Shown here piece by piece: positions 30,382 to 40,710 of a stretch of DNA of 64,000 nucleotides (position 1 is the stretch's first letter; each line of letters opens with the position of its first letter). Below the pieces are notes generated by a model, which searched no databases, was not told the origin of the DNA, and was given only the letters and a program-made list of their open reading frames with translations. The stretch is from Anaerolineae bacterium (GTDB taxonomy: Bacteria > Chloroflexota > Anaerolineae > Aggregatilineales > Phototrophicaceae), in assembly GCA_034437755.1 (NCBI GenBank), contig DAOTTV010000078.1, positions 1-64,000 on the forward strand, read 5' to 3'. Made by a program: the position numbers and the translations under genes.

Positions 30382-32925
30382 ATGAGCTATCAAACGTCCA
30401 AATTTTACATAGCACTAATTTATACGGCTTTGCTCGGGCTGATCTTAGCCGGTTGCGGGGGCGGCGATAGCAGTGTCGCCGTCAACGATGAGCCAACTTC
30501 AGCGACACCGCGCAACCGCGATGCTCAGACGATTGTGCTTGTCTCAAGCGATACGTGGTGGGATGGTATCTACCTGCCGACGTATGTCACCAAGGCTATT
30601 CTCGAAGATGAGATGGGCTACACCGTCCAGATCGTCAACGGTGCATCCGTGCCCGAGTTCTTTGAACTGGTCGATTCAGGGCGGGCGGATGTGTTCATGA
30701 GTGGCTGGTTCCCGACGAACGACTTCACCTTCGAACAATATCCGAATCTGGTGCGCGTCGGGCAGGTCTACGGAGGGCGCGAACGCGATGCCTTTGAAGG
30801 CTGGATGGCGACCAACGACTTCGCCCGTCAATACGACATCGAGCGCATTGAAGATCTCTTCAAGCCGGATGTCGTCGCGGCACTCGACACGGATAACGAT
30901 GGCAAAGGCGAGTTGATCGGTTGTCCGCAGGCGTGGGCTTGTTCACAACGCCACACCGAGATCATGAAGGATTACGGCCTCGACTCGCTGTACGACATGG
31001 AACCGATCAGCGATGAAGAGACGATGCTCTCGTTGATCGACAGCCGCACGCAGGCGAATGACCCTGCTGTGTTCTATATGTATCAGCCCGTCGCCTACCC
31101 GCAGGAAGGCACGCTCGCTGATCGCGCGACATGGATCGAAGGCACGGAACCATACTTACCGCTGGCATTCAATCGCGGTGTGACACGCTCGGAATTCGTG
31201 GCATCACATCCCGATGTCGTCCACCTGATGAGCAACGTTCGCATCCCGGGGTCGGATATTGGCGCAGTGATGCGGCGCGTTAGCAATGACGGGCGGTCGC
31301 CGGCGATGCTCGATGATATTGCTACGCAGTGGATCGCGGACAATCGTGATCGCGTCAACGACTGGTTGCCGACAACCGAGTTCACGCCCGATGTGGCGAC
31401 AACGTATCCGCCCGCCCTGCCTGAGGATACGCTGACCATCGCCTACTCACCGGATAAAGAGAACCTGTTCTTAGAACTGGTGACGACATATAACCTGAAC
31501 CGCGACCCCGAAACCCCGCCAATTCATCCACTTCGGGTAGAGGTCGATGAGATGTTAGACGGCGCGACGGATGGCTGGTACGGGGCGATCTCGCCGGATT
31601 CATCGCTGTGGATCAGCCAGCTTGACCGCGCATGGCAGGACGAAAATCCCGGGGCGGCATCGCTAGTGAGCAATATCGAACGCTACGCGCTCAGTCCGGT
31701 GGTGATTGCCATGCTGGAATCACGCGCTGAGGCTGTCGGCTATCCTGAGACGGCGATTGGCTGGCGCGACTTGATGACCATCGCGCAGGAAGATAGTAGC
31801 TTCCGCTGGAGTCACCCATCGATCAGCTCAGCAACGGGCTTGCTCTCCTTGACTGCCGAGTTCTATTCAGCGACGGGCAAGCTCGAGAACTTGACCCGCG
31901 CCGACATCGAAGACGACGAGTCGATTGCTTATGTCGAAGAAATCGAGGCGACAGTCGATCGCTACGGTGCCGAGACCGAAGATCGCGTGATTGTGCGTAA
32001 TCTGGCGGCGGGCGGTCAACAACTAGATGCTTTCGTCACACAAGAGCAAAAAGTGATCTTCTTCAACCGCAACAGCCCAAGTACAGAACTGGTCGCGATC
32101 TATCCCGAAGAAGGTACGTTCTGGATGGATCATCCGCTGGCGTTGCTGGATGGCGATTGGGTGAGCGACGCTCAACGGCGCGTTTTCCGTGACTTTGCCA
32201 ACTTCGTCGCTGAACCAGCCCAACAAGATACTGTCCTCGAATGGGGCTATCGTCCGGCAGAACTGGCAACCGGCATCGACAGCGCCGAATCGCCGATTCG
32301 TCCGGAGTTCAACGTAGACCCCAATGAACCGACGACGCTGTTACAAGTACCATCGCCCGGCACGTTAGAAGCCATCCGCGAGGCGTGGCTCTTGACCAAG
32401 CGTCCGGCGGACATTGTGCTGGTGATCGATGTCAGTGGCAGTATGGAAGGTGACAAGCTCTCCGGCGTGAAGGGCGCGTTATTCTCGTTTATCGATCAAA
32501 TACAAGGTGACCGCGACCGCGTCGCCCTCGTGACTTTCTCGGACTCGTCGCGGTTGGTGCAACCACTCGCGCCGATGGACGAAGCGGCCTTCTCTAGCAG
32601 TGTGCGCCAGCTAGAAGCAGGAGGCGGCACGCAACTTTACGACGCAGTGACTTTCGCGCTCGATCATCTTGAGCAAGAGAGCGACGGCGAGCGGGCACAG
32701 GTGATTGTCGCCATGACCGACGGACAGAGCAACGGTCGCATTGATGTGCTAGAAAATGCCATCGACGATAACGAAGGACGGGCGATCATCTATGCAGTGG
32801 GCTATGGCGAAGATGCCGATCTGACGATCCTTCAGCGTATCGCCCAACTGGGTGAAGGGCGCGTCTATCCGTCTGATCCTGAGACAATCAGCCAATTGTA
32901 CGCGCTCCTGTCTGAATTTTTCTAA
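30382..32925 (+). CDS. Secreted lipoprotein with three domains: OpuAC-like glycine-betaine-binding domain, substrate-binding domain, and C-terminal vWA domain.
   Basis: Lipobox LAGCGG. The OpuAC-like region is QTIVLVSSDTWWDGIYLPTYV...GWFPTND. The middle domain matches gene 29176. The C-terminal vWA carries a MIDAS motif (VLVIDVSGSMEGDKL ... TQLYDAV ... VAMTDGQSN). Confidence 0.65.
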   Translation: MSYQTSKFYIALIYTALLGLILAGCGGGDSSVAVNDEPTSATPRNRDAQTIVLVSSDTWWDGIYLPTYVTKAILEDEMGYTVQIVNGASVPEFFELVDSGRADVFMSGWFPTNDFTFEQYPNLVRVGQVYGGRERDAFEGWMATNDFARQYDIERIEDLFKPDVVAALDTDNDGKGELIGCPQAWACSQRHTEIMKDYGLDSLYDMEPISDEETMLSLIDSRTQANDPAVFYMYQPVAYPQEGTLADRATWIEGTEPYLPLAFNRGVTRSEFVASHPDVVHLMSNVRIPGSDIGAVMRRVSNDGRSPAMLDDIATQWIADNRDRVNDWLPTTEFTPDVATTYPPALPEDTLTIAYSPDKENLFLELVTTYNLNRDPETPPIHPLRVEVDEMLDGATDGWYGAISPDSSLWISQLDRAWQDENPGAASLVSNIERYALSPVVIAMLESRAEAVGYPETAIGWRDLMTIAQEDSSFRWSHPSISSATGLLSLTAEFYSATGKLENLTRADIEDDESIAYVEEIEATVDRYGAETEDRVIVRNLAAGGQQLDAFVTQEQKVIFFNRNSPSTELVAIYPEEGTFWMDHPLALLDGDWVSDAQRRVFRDFANFVAEPAQQDTVLEWGYRPAELATGIDSAESPIRPEFNVDPNEPTTLLQVPSPGTLEAIREAWLLTKRPADIVLVIDVSGSMEGDKLSGVKGALFSFIDQIQGDRDRVALVTFSDSSRLVQPLAPMDEAAFSSSVRQLEAGGGTQLYDAVTFALDHLEQESDGERAQVIVAMTDGQSNGRIDVLENAIDDNEGRAIIYAVGYGEDADLTILQRIAQLGEGRVYPSDPETISQLYALLSEFF

Positions 32926-32954
32926 AAGGCTCAGAGGAAGGATAAGCAATTTCG

Positions 32955-35162
32955 ATGTTTCGACAAATGATAACCCGAGTGGGGCACGTCTGGTGGGTGC
33001 TGATGGCAGTTGCGGTGGCAATCGCCGCCTGTGATAGTGTCCCTGCGCCGGATACCGACGATACAGCGACCGTTCCCGCAACCGCGACACCGATGCCCCT
33101 CTCCGGCGAGGCTGTGATTTACGTCGTCGCGCCCCTCTCCGGCGAGCGTGCCCAGCAAGGGCAAGCCCAGTCTGCTGGCGCACAGCTAGCGGCTTCGATC
33201 TTGAATGAACAGGGCGGCATCAACGGGCAAGAGATTGTGATTCGTATCATCAACGATCGCAACGATGCCGCATACGCGCGTCAGGTCGCCGATGAAATCG
33301 TGGCAGAAGCGGCAGGCGATAAGGTGGTAGGAGTCATCGTCTCGGAGAGTAGCGACCCGCAGTTACAAGCGGTGCGCGATACGTACCTGAGCGACCAGCT
33401 GGACTCGGCACCGCTGGTCGTCGTGCCAGTCTCGACGAATCCACTGGCGACTACGCTTGAGCATCCGCGCTTCTTCCGTTTGACCGCGCCGAGCATCACG
33501 CAGGCTTCAGAGATTGCCGCGGCGTTCAGCGAAGGTAACGTGAACGATGTCGTCACCCTGCAAAGCCCGACGGGCGAGTCACAGTTGCTAGCCGAGCGTT
33601 TTCAGACCACCGCGCGTGACTTCGACATCACCATCAGCGACACCTATGAACTCTCGCCCTTCGACACAAATTTTACCGAGATGGCGCTACAAATCTTCGA
33701 GCAAAATCCAACCGGATTATTCCTAGCGACCAACCCGTATGAGACCGGACAAATTCTCTCCGCGCTATACGCGATCAACTATCAGGGGAGCATCTACGCG
33801 GCAGACCAAGCCTTACCCTACGCGGTGGTCGATGAGCTGGGCTGTCAGGCAGAAGGCATCTTCCGGTCGTCGGTTGTACCCGTGCCACGCTTCGCCATGC
33901 CCCCCGCGCAACGTCAGCGCTACGCACAGGATACTGGACGCGAGCCGGAGCCGTTCTCGGTCGCTGGTTATGCCGCAGTGGAGTTCATCGCGCAGGCGTA
34001 CAATGCCAGCGAGGGCGACCCCACTGCCGCCGTCGAGTTCGCACACAATAACCCGGTGCCGACGCTGTTGGGCGACCTGACCTTCAGCGCGGATGGCGAG
34101 CGCGAAGGTGCAACGATGCACTTCCAGCAAGTGCAGGGGCGCATCTTTGAAGATGAGTTCCAGCGCGTGGTCGGTACGGTGCCGCAAGCCAGCGCGGAGA
34201 CTGGCACCAATAGGCAGACCTATCTCGATCGCACCTTCGCTGAGGATGCCGAGCCGATCATCTTCGCTGATTTGAACTGGAATAGCGCATTGTTCCACAA
34301 CGGAGTCGCCCGCTACATCATCGAAGCCGGCTATGACGTACCCACACGGGCAATCGCCGGCTCGACAGTGCCATCATTCCAACGGCTGACACGCGGCGAA
34401 GTCGATATCATCATGGAACGCTATAACTTCGACGATACGGTATCCGAAGCACTGGCAAGCGGTCAAATTGTCGATCTGGGTGTCAACTTTAGCGATGCTG
34501 TGCAGGGATGGTTCGTGCCGCGTTACGTGGTCGATGAGAATAATGCACGCGCGATCACGCCCGTCGCGCCCGATCTACAGCATATCGATCAGCTTGACCA
34601 GTATACCAACACATTCCGACTGAGCGATCAAAGCGGTATCGGGGCGTTCTACGGGGGTGTGCCGGGCTGGACAGCCCATAAGATCAACTGCTTGAAGCTG
34701 AAAGCCTACCAGCTAGACGATAACTACGCACAGGTCACCAGCGACTCCACCAGTGATCTGTTCGGATCATTGGCGACGGCTTACGACAACGGCGACCCGA
34801 TTCTGCTTTATCTCTGGGCACCGACATCGGTTTTCGGGCGGTATGATCTTGTCCAGCTAGAAGAACCAACCTATACCGATACATGCTGGGCGACTGATCG
34901 CGGGTGTGCCTATCCCACTGGTGATGTACGCATCCTCGCCAGCGGCGACTTGCCCCAGCGCGCCCCCGATGTCACTGAATTTCTGGAGACGATGGCGATG
35001 GACATCGACGATGTGAGTAATGTGCTGGTACGTATTGAAGACGAAAGCCTGACACCGGACGAAGCCGCGATTATCTGGTTGCGCGATAATCAGGATGTCT
35101 GGTCGCAGTGGGTCAGCGATGACGTGACCGAGCGCATCCGACAATCACTAGCCAATATGTAA
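32955..35162 (+). CDS. Secreted two-domain solute-binding protein: LivJ-like (Peripla_BP_6) N-terminal domain fused to an OpuAC-like C-terminal domain.
   Basis: Signal/anchor followed by IYVVAPLSGERAQQGQAQSAGAQLAASILNEQGGINGQEIVI (branched-chain amino acid SBP signature). The C-terminal half resembles glycine-betaine SBPs (IIFADLNWNSALFHNGVARYIIEAGYDV). Confidence 0.6.
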   Translation: MFRQMITRVGHVWWVLMAVAVAIAACDSVPAPDTDDTATVPATATPMPLSGEAVIYVVAPLSGERAQQGQAQSAGAQLAASILNEQGGINGQEIVIRIINDRNDAAYARQVADEIVAEAAGDKVVGVIVSESSDPQLQAVRDTYLSDQLDSAPLVVVPVSTNPLATTLEHPRFFRLTAPSITQASEIAAAFSEGNVNDVVTLQSPTGESQLLAERFQTTARDFDITISDTYELSPFDTNFTEMALQIFEQNPTGLFLATNPYETGQILSALYAINYQGSIYAADQALPYAVVDELGCQAEGIFRSSVVPVPRFAMPPAQRQRYAQDTGREPEPFSVAGYAAVEFIAQAYNASEGDPTAAVEFAHNNPVPTLLGDLTFSADGEREGATMHFQQVQGRIFEDEFQRVVGTVPQASAETGTNRQTYLDRTFAEDAEPIIFADLNWNSALFHNGVARYIIEAGYDVPTRAIAGSTVPSFQRLTRGEVDIIMERYNFDDTVSEALASGQIVDLGVNFSDAVQGWFVPRYVVDENNARAITPVAPDLQHIDQLDQYTNTFRLSDQSGIGAFYGGVPGWTAHKINCLKLKAYQLDDNYAQVTSDSTSDLFGSLATAYDNGDPILLYLWAPTSVFGRYDLVQLEEPTYTDTCWATDRGCAYPTGDVRILASGDLPQRAPDVTEFLETMAMDIDDVSNVLVRIEDESLTPDEAAIIWLRDNQDVWSQWVSDDVTERIRQSLANM

Positions 35163-35164
35163 TC

Positions 35165-36361
35165 TCAGGCGATGACCTGTGCCTGACGCAGGTCATCGAT
35201 CGCGGTCGCTGATAACCCGAGTAACTCGCTGAGGATAGCATCTGTGTGCTGTCCGAGGCGCGGCGGCGCGCTCGGTTTGCGCGGGGGTGTTTGCGAGAGC
35301 TTCAAGGGAGAGCCGACGAGTTGTAGACTATCGCCCGCCTCTAGCTCGACAGCCTGCACCAAGTGCCGATCCTGCACCTGTGGCGTGTTGAGGGCTTGCG
35401 CGACGGTGTTAATCGCCCCAGCTGGGATACCCGCTTCTGTCAACAATTCAACCCAACTGGCAACTGTGCGTTCGGAGAATGCTTGCGCTAAGATCGGGAT
35501 CAATGCCGCGCGATGCGCGACCCGTGCTGGATTAGTGGCGAAGCGCGTGTCCTCTGCGAGCTGTGGTCGCTGAATCAGATGACATAAGAGCTTGAATTGT
35601 CGATCATTGCCCACTGCTAGCACAAATGCACCATCCCGTGCCTTGAAGGTCTGGTAAGGGACGATGTTTTGATGCTGGTTGCCATAACGGGGCGGTGTAT
35701 CGCCGGAGACGAGATAATTGCTGGCGATATTGACCAAGGCGGCAATCTGTGTATCGAGCAGAGCAATATCCACCTGCTGACCTACGCCGGTGCGCTCGGC
35801 ATGACGCAAAGCCGCGAGGATCGCGCTGGTCGCGTACAATCCGGCAATCACATCGCTGATCGCCACCCCGACTTTGATCGGTTCGCCGTCGACTTCGCCC
35901 GTAATCGACATCAAGCCACTCATCCCCTGCACGACATAATCATAGCCGGCTCGTTCACGGTACGCACCAGTCTGCCCGAAGCCGGTGATGCTACAGTAGA
36001 CAAGACCGGGATTGATGACCTTGAGAGCGTCGTAATCCAGCCCAAAGCGTGCCATCTGCCCAACCTTGAAATTTTCGACCACGATATGACTATGGCGAGC
36101 CAATTGACGGGCGATGGCTTGCCCTTCTGGATGCTTGAGATCGAGCGTCATGCTCCGCTTATTGCGATTGACGCTAGCGAAGTACGCGCTCATGCCGCCG
36201 ACATCCGGCGGATACCACTGGCGGGTATCATCGCCGCGCTGTGGATGCTCGACCTTGATCACGTCAGCCCCCATGTCAGAGAGCGTCATCGTACACAAAG
36301 GCCCCGCGAGAACCCGCGAGAAATCGAGAATGCGAATGCCATCTAAAGCCTGCTGACTCAT
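35165..36361 (-). CDS. Family III CoA-transferase (CaiB/BaiF/formyl-CoA transferase-like).
   Basis: N-terminus GIRILDFSRVLAGPLCTMTLSDMGADVIKVE and the conserved Asp region; full length 398 aa. Confidence 0.85.
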   Translation of the reverse strand: MSQQALDGIRILDFSRVLAGPLCTMTLSDMGADVIKVEHPQRGDDTRQWYPPDVGGMSAYFASVNRNKRSMTLDLKHPEGQAIARQLARHSHIVVENFKVGQMARFGLDYDALKVINPGLVYCSITGFGQTGAYRERAGYDYVVQGMSGLMSITGEVDGEPIKVGVAISDVIAGLYATSAILAALRHAERTGVGQQVDIALLDTQIAALVNIASNYLVSGDTPPRYGNQHQNIVPYQTFKARDGAFVLAVGNDRQFKLLCHLIQRPQLAEDTRFATNPARVAHRAALIPILAQAFSERTVASWVELLTEAGIPAGAINTVAQALNTPQVQDRHLVQAVELEAGDSLQLVGSPLKLSQTPPRKPSAPPRLGQHTDAILSELLGLSATAIDDLRQAQVIA

Positions 36362-36364
36362 GGC

Positions 36365-38341
36365 TCAGTACCGCCGGTAGTCATCGCGATAAGCGGTGCG
36401 AATCTTGCTCAGCAACGCTTCGTCAATGCGACCAGACCACGCACGTCGCTCTTGCTTCACCTCTTCCATGTGTTCAGCGACATGATGAAACTCGCGACGA
36501 TAGCCCAACCACAGGTAAATATCAGCGGCGGCAATACACATCTCGGTGTAATCGAGATCGCCCGTATCCAAAATTTCAGTCGGTGGATCAGGTGGAAGCG
36601 GCATCGGCATCTCGTCGATAATCGCGGTTGCACAATCAAACCAGAAATCACGGGTGCTCTTGCGCGTCGGTGCGTTGACCAATTGCAGGGCGCTGGCTAA
36701 GCCCAGCTTGGCAACCTGAATATCGGTCAACATGCTGGCGAGTTCAATGCGCTCGTTGAGATCAGCAGTCTTGATTGCTGTTCGCAGTTGTTCGGGGATC
36801 GATTGCAAGCGTCCCCACTCTTGCAGGCGTTCGGCGAGCGTGCCGGGGATCAAGCGCAAATCATCGACCGAGGGCGCGACGCGCGCGTGCGTCAGAATCT
36901 CGGCATCGGCGTAGAACAAGCTCTTGACGAGGCGCAAATCAGTGCCAGATGTCGCCCCGACGAGGCCGGTCTTCGAGAAACCATAGCGTCCGGCGCGCCC
37001 GCCAATCTGCTGGACTTCGGCGGGTTTCAACAGGCGAATCTCGCGCCCGTCGTATTTTTCGATCTCATAAAAGCAGACGTGATCGGCGGGTAAATTCAAG
37101 CCCATGCCAACCGCGTCCGTCGCTACGCAGATGTCGGTCGCGCCACTGGCGAAGCGTTCGGCTTGTTTGCGGCGCACTTCGGGCGGTAGACTGCCGTAGA
37201 CTACCGACACACTGCGCTGATAATTTTCAAGGCGCGTCTTGAGCGTCAGCACCATCTTGCGCGAGAAGGCGACGAGAATCGTCTTCGGCGGCATGTTCTT
37301 CAGCGACCACGGTTCATCGGCAACTGAAATCGGCGCGAGTCGCTCATGAAAGACCGTCCCGAGTGGGATATTCGCCGCTTTCGCCATCTTATGAATCAGC
37401 ATCTTGGCTGTGGGGGGCGCGATGACGTGCATCTCCGGCGCGAGACACTGCATCATCGCCCGCGTCCACGCCCACCCGCGATCGGCATCGGCGAGCATCT
37501 GCGCTTCATCGATGATGACGACATCACCGCTCTTCTGCGCGTTGAACATCTCGATTGTCGCCGCCGTGATCTCAGCGCCTTCGACTGGCACATACTCCTC
37601 ACCGGTGAGCAGATTACAGGGCACGCCCTGCTGATTGAGGCGGTCGAATACTTCCCACGCGAGCAGACGCAAGGGCGCCAGATACCACCCACGCCCGGCT
37701 TCGCTCAAGCGTTGAAGGGAGTCATGGGTTTTGCCACTGTTGGGCGGCCCGATGTGGAGCATCATCATCTGATCAGCGCGATCAAGCTCCGACCAAGCTG
37801 GAAAGCTCGCCACGAGTTGCGCGCGCAATTCTGCACGGCGCTGGCGCTCGGCATCCTTGCGCTCGGCACGGCGACGCTTCTTCTCGGCGCGTTTGGCGCG
37901 GCGTGCTTTACGCCGAATGTCGCGCTGATCTTGTACGCGCTGTTGGAAAGCGGGCAAGGTATCGGGTAACTCCCAGCGTGCGCGAATATCGCCCCAGTTC
38001 GGGCGATTCTGATTTGCGCCTACATCGCGCAGGAGTTTGCGTGCTTGCGCCAGCTTCACATCGAGCGCATCGGCTAAATCCTTCAGCTTGATGCGCTCGG
38101 TCTCAGCAACGGCTTCGTAGAGCGTCATATCACGCAGGGCTTGATCGACATCGTCCGCGTAGACATACAGAATATCATCGTCATCGTGAAAACCGCGCAG
38201 TACGCCGCGATCAATCGCACGCTCGACTGTCATCTTATGCAGATTAAGGCGTTTGCGCGCGCGATTGAGGGTATATGTTCGCACAGCATCATCATAATCA
38301 GGAGTCACGTTATTGGGGTTGGGTTGGTTGTGATCTGCCAT
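36365..38341 (-). CDS. Suv3-like superfamily-2 RNA/DNA helicase with an N-terminal HTH region and a highly basic linker.
   Basis: Helicase core GPPNSGKTHDSL..YLAPLRLLAWEV..VIIDEAQML..ATDAVGMGLNLP..QIGGRAGR resembles the Suv3 family. The N-terminal 70 aa have an excisionase/MerR-like HTH, then a KR-rich stretch (RRKARRAKRAEKKRRRAERK). Confidence 0.65.
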   Translation of the reverse strand: MADHNQPNPNNVTPDYDDAVRTYTLNRARKRLNLHKMTVERAIDRGVLRGFHDDDDILYVYADDVDQALRDMTLYEAVAETERIKLKDLADALDVKLAQARKLLRDVGANQNRPNWGDIRARWELPDTLPAFQQRVQDQRDIRRKARRAKRAEKKRRRAERKDAERQRRAELRAQLVASFPAWSELDRADQMMMLHIGPPNSGKTHDSLQRLSEAGRGWYLAPLRLLAWEVFDRLNQQGVPCNLLTGEEYVPVEGAEITAATIEMFNAQKSGDVVIIDEAQMLADADRGWAWTRAMMQCLAPEMHVIAPPTAKMLIHKMAKAANIPLGTVFHERLAPISVADEPWSLKNMPPKTILVAFSRKMVLTLKTRLENYQRSVSVVYGSLPPEVRRKQAERFASGATDICVATDAVGMGLNLPADHVCFYEIEKYDGREIRLLKPAEVQQIGGRAGRYGFSKTGLVGATSGTDLRLVKSLFYADAEILTHARVAPSVDDLRLIPGTLAERLQEWGRLQSIPEQLRTAIKTADLNERIELASMLTDIQVAKLGLASALQLVNAPTRKSTRDFWFDCATAIIDEMPMPLPPDPPTEILDTGDLDYTEMCIAAADIYLWLGYRREFHHVAEHMEEVKQERRAWSGRIDEALLSKIRTAYRDDYRRY

Positions 38342-38463
38342 TGAGTTATCTAACGTTTAGGTCAGTTGATGTGTTGATTATATCAGCATCTCTGGATTGG
38401 CTGTTAGAGATGATTTGTATCGGGATTTTCCTGTTCGTACAATCCGATGTATGATGGTGAACA

Positions 38464-39714
38464 ATGGACTCCACAACACAAGAGAGACAAAAGCCGATGG
38501 TCGAGACGCTGAATCGTGAGATGCCACCGCGTGCGAAGTGGCGCACGCTGATCCTGTTATCACTGGCAGAATTACTGGCGATGGTGGTCTGGTTCTCAGC
38601 ATCAGCTGTGACAAGCGACCTGACTGAGCTATGGCAATTAAACGCAAATGGGCAGGCATGGCTCACGATGTCCGTGCAGATTGGCTTCGTCGTCGGGGCG
38701 CTGGGATCAGCGATTCTCACATTGGCAGATCGGATTCCGGCACGCTGGTTCTTCATCAGCGCGACCTTTATGGCGGCACTGCTGACGGGTATGATCCCCT
38801 TCATGGCTGATTATCCAATGCTAGCGCTCACACTCCGCTTCATGACGGGGGTTTGTCTGGCAGGCGTGTACCCCGTCGGCATGAAAATCATGGCAACGTG
38901 GACACAAGCTGATCGTGGCTTGGGCATCGGGATGCTGGTGGGGGCGCTCACGATCGGGTCAGCGGCACCGCATCTGCTCAACGCCATCGGTGACATAGGC
39001 GACTGGCAACGGGTGTTATGGCTCGCGTCCGGTCTGGCGGCAAGCGGTGGTGTGATTGCCCTGCTCTTCGTCGATGAAGGGCCGTATCGCACGAGCGCAC
39101 CGCGCTTCGACATTGGCGACATTCGTCATATCCTCACAAATCGTCCGGTAATGCTGGCTAATCTGGGCTATCTGGGGCATATGTGGGAACTTTACGCGAT
39201 GTGGGCGTGGTTGTTCGCATTTTTATCCGCGAGTTACGCGCTGGTCGATGTGAGCGCACAATGGGCCGGCATCGTGACCTTCATCGCGATTGCCATCGGC
39301 GGTGTCGGAAGCGTCATCGCTGGCAAATTCGCCGATCAAATCGGGCGGACGTGGGTTACATCCGCGTCGATGCTGGTCAGTGGGGGTTGTGCGCTCATCA
39401 TCGGTCAATTTTACGGAGGACACCCGCTCGTCTTAGCCAGCATCGCGATTGTATGGGGCTTCTTCATCGTCGCTGATTCGGCACAGTTCTCAGCGAGCGT
39501 CAGCGAACTCGCGCACAAACGCTACGTCGGCACAGCACTCACCTTACAAACCAGCATGGGCTTCTTGCTCACGCTGTTCACCATCCGCATGATCCCAACA
39601 TTAGAGCGCACTGTCGGATGGGAGTGGGCATTTGCATTTCTGGCGATTGGGCCGGTGATCGGTATCGGCGCGATGATGACCCTGCAAGGTGAGAAAACCA
39701 AGATAATGACTTGA
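38464..39714 (+). CDS. MFS transporter.
   Basis: 12 predicted TM helices; MFS loop 2-3 motif region (GALGSAILTLADRIPARW). Confidence 0.8.
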   Translation: MDSTTQERQKPMVETLNREMPPRAKWRTLILLSLAELLAMVVWFSASAVTSDLTELWQLNANGQAWLTMSVQIGFVVGALGSAILTLADRIPARWFFISATFMAALLTGMIPFMADYPMLALTLRFMTGVCLAGVYPVGMKIMATWTQADRGLGIGMLVGALTIGSAAPHLLNAIGDIGDWQRVLWLASGLAASGGVIALLFVDEGPYRTSAPRFDIGDIRHILTNRPVMLANLGYLGHMWELYAMWAWLFAFLSASYALVDVSAQWAGIVTFIAIAIGGVGSVIAGKFADQIGRTWVTSASMLVSGGCALIIGQFYGGHPLVLASIAIVWGFFIVADSAQFSASVSELAHKRYVGTALTLQTSMGFLLTLFTIRMIPTLERTVGWEWAFAFLAIGPVIGIGAMMTLQGEKTKIMT

Positions 39715-39768
39715 TTCAGGGCGGGCAAGTGTTATGTTTATAGTGTAGATTATGGAGAAGAGTATTCA

Positions 39769-40695
39769 ATGTTAAAACAATCGTTATTGTATTTATCAGG
39801 TGCAGGTTGGGCGCGAAACGTCGTCACGAATTTTGGATTGGCGCGGCGAGTAGCACGGCGTTTCGTCGCGGGCGAATTAGTGGAAGAAGCCGTCCATGCG
39901 ACGCGCCAGATGAACGAAAAAGGCATCCAAGTCACGCTGGATTATCTAGGTGAGAGCGTCCATAGCGAAGAAGACACGCGCGAAGTCGTCGAGACTTATC
40001 TCGCCTTGCTCGATCGTATCCACGATGAAGGGCTAGAGTCTAGCGTCTCGCTGAAGTTGACGCACATTGGCTATGACGTGCGCGAAGAACTGGCGTTTTT
40101 GAATTTACGCACGATCTTACAGCGTGCGCGTGAGCATGATATTCCGGTGACCATCGACATGGAGAGCAGTGCCTACACAGAAGCGACGATTCGCATCTAC
40201 CGCACCATGCGCGACGAATACGACTTCGATAACGTCGGCACAGTGATTCAGTCGTATTTACGCCGGAGCGAGCAAGACATGATCGAACTGGCGCAGGAAG
40301 GCTCGCACATTCGTCTGTGTAAGGGCGCATACATGGAACCGCCCGCCGTCGCCTTCCCTGAGAAAGCCGATGTCGATAGTAATTATATCAAGATTATGCG
40401 CCAATACCTGACAATGGATGAGGACTCGTATCTGTGCATCGCCACCCACGACGAAGCGATGATTCAGGCGGCGCTGGACATCGTCGAGGCACAAGACATC
40501 CCTGCTGATCGTTACGAATTCCAGATGTTGTATGGCGTGCGCTCGCAACGACAAGAAGAACTAGTACAAGCTGGACACCAGATGCGCGTCTATGTGCCGT
40601 TTGGCGCGGCGTGGTATCCGTATTTCATGCGTCGCCTGGCAGAGCGTCCGGCGAATCTCTGGTTCTTCACGCGCAGTCTCTTTCAGTCAGCATAA
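39769..40695 (+). CDS. Proline dehydrogenase (monofunctional PRODH).
   Basis: TIM-barrel PRODH motifs (VTLDYLGE, LKLTHIGY, TIDMES, TVIQSYLRR, RLCKGAY). Confidence 0.85.
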   Translation: MLKQSLLYLSGAGWARNVVTNFGLARRVARRFVAGELVEEAVHATRQMNEKGIQVTLDYLGESVHSEEDTREVVETYLALLDRIHDEGLESSVSLKLTHIGYDVREELAFLNLRTILQRAREHDIPVTIDMESSAYTEATIRIYRTMRDEYDFDNVGTVIQSYLRRSEQDMIELAQEGSHIRLCKGAYMEPPAVAFPEKADVDSNYIKIMRQYLTMDEDSYLCIATHDEAMIQAALDIVEAQDIPADRYEFQMLYGVRSQRQEELVQAGHQMRVYVPFGAAWYPYFMRRLAERPANLWFFTRSLFQSA

Positions 40696-40710
40696 GGAGC
40701 AAGCGGCGGC

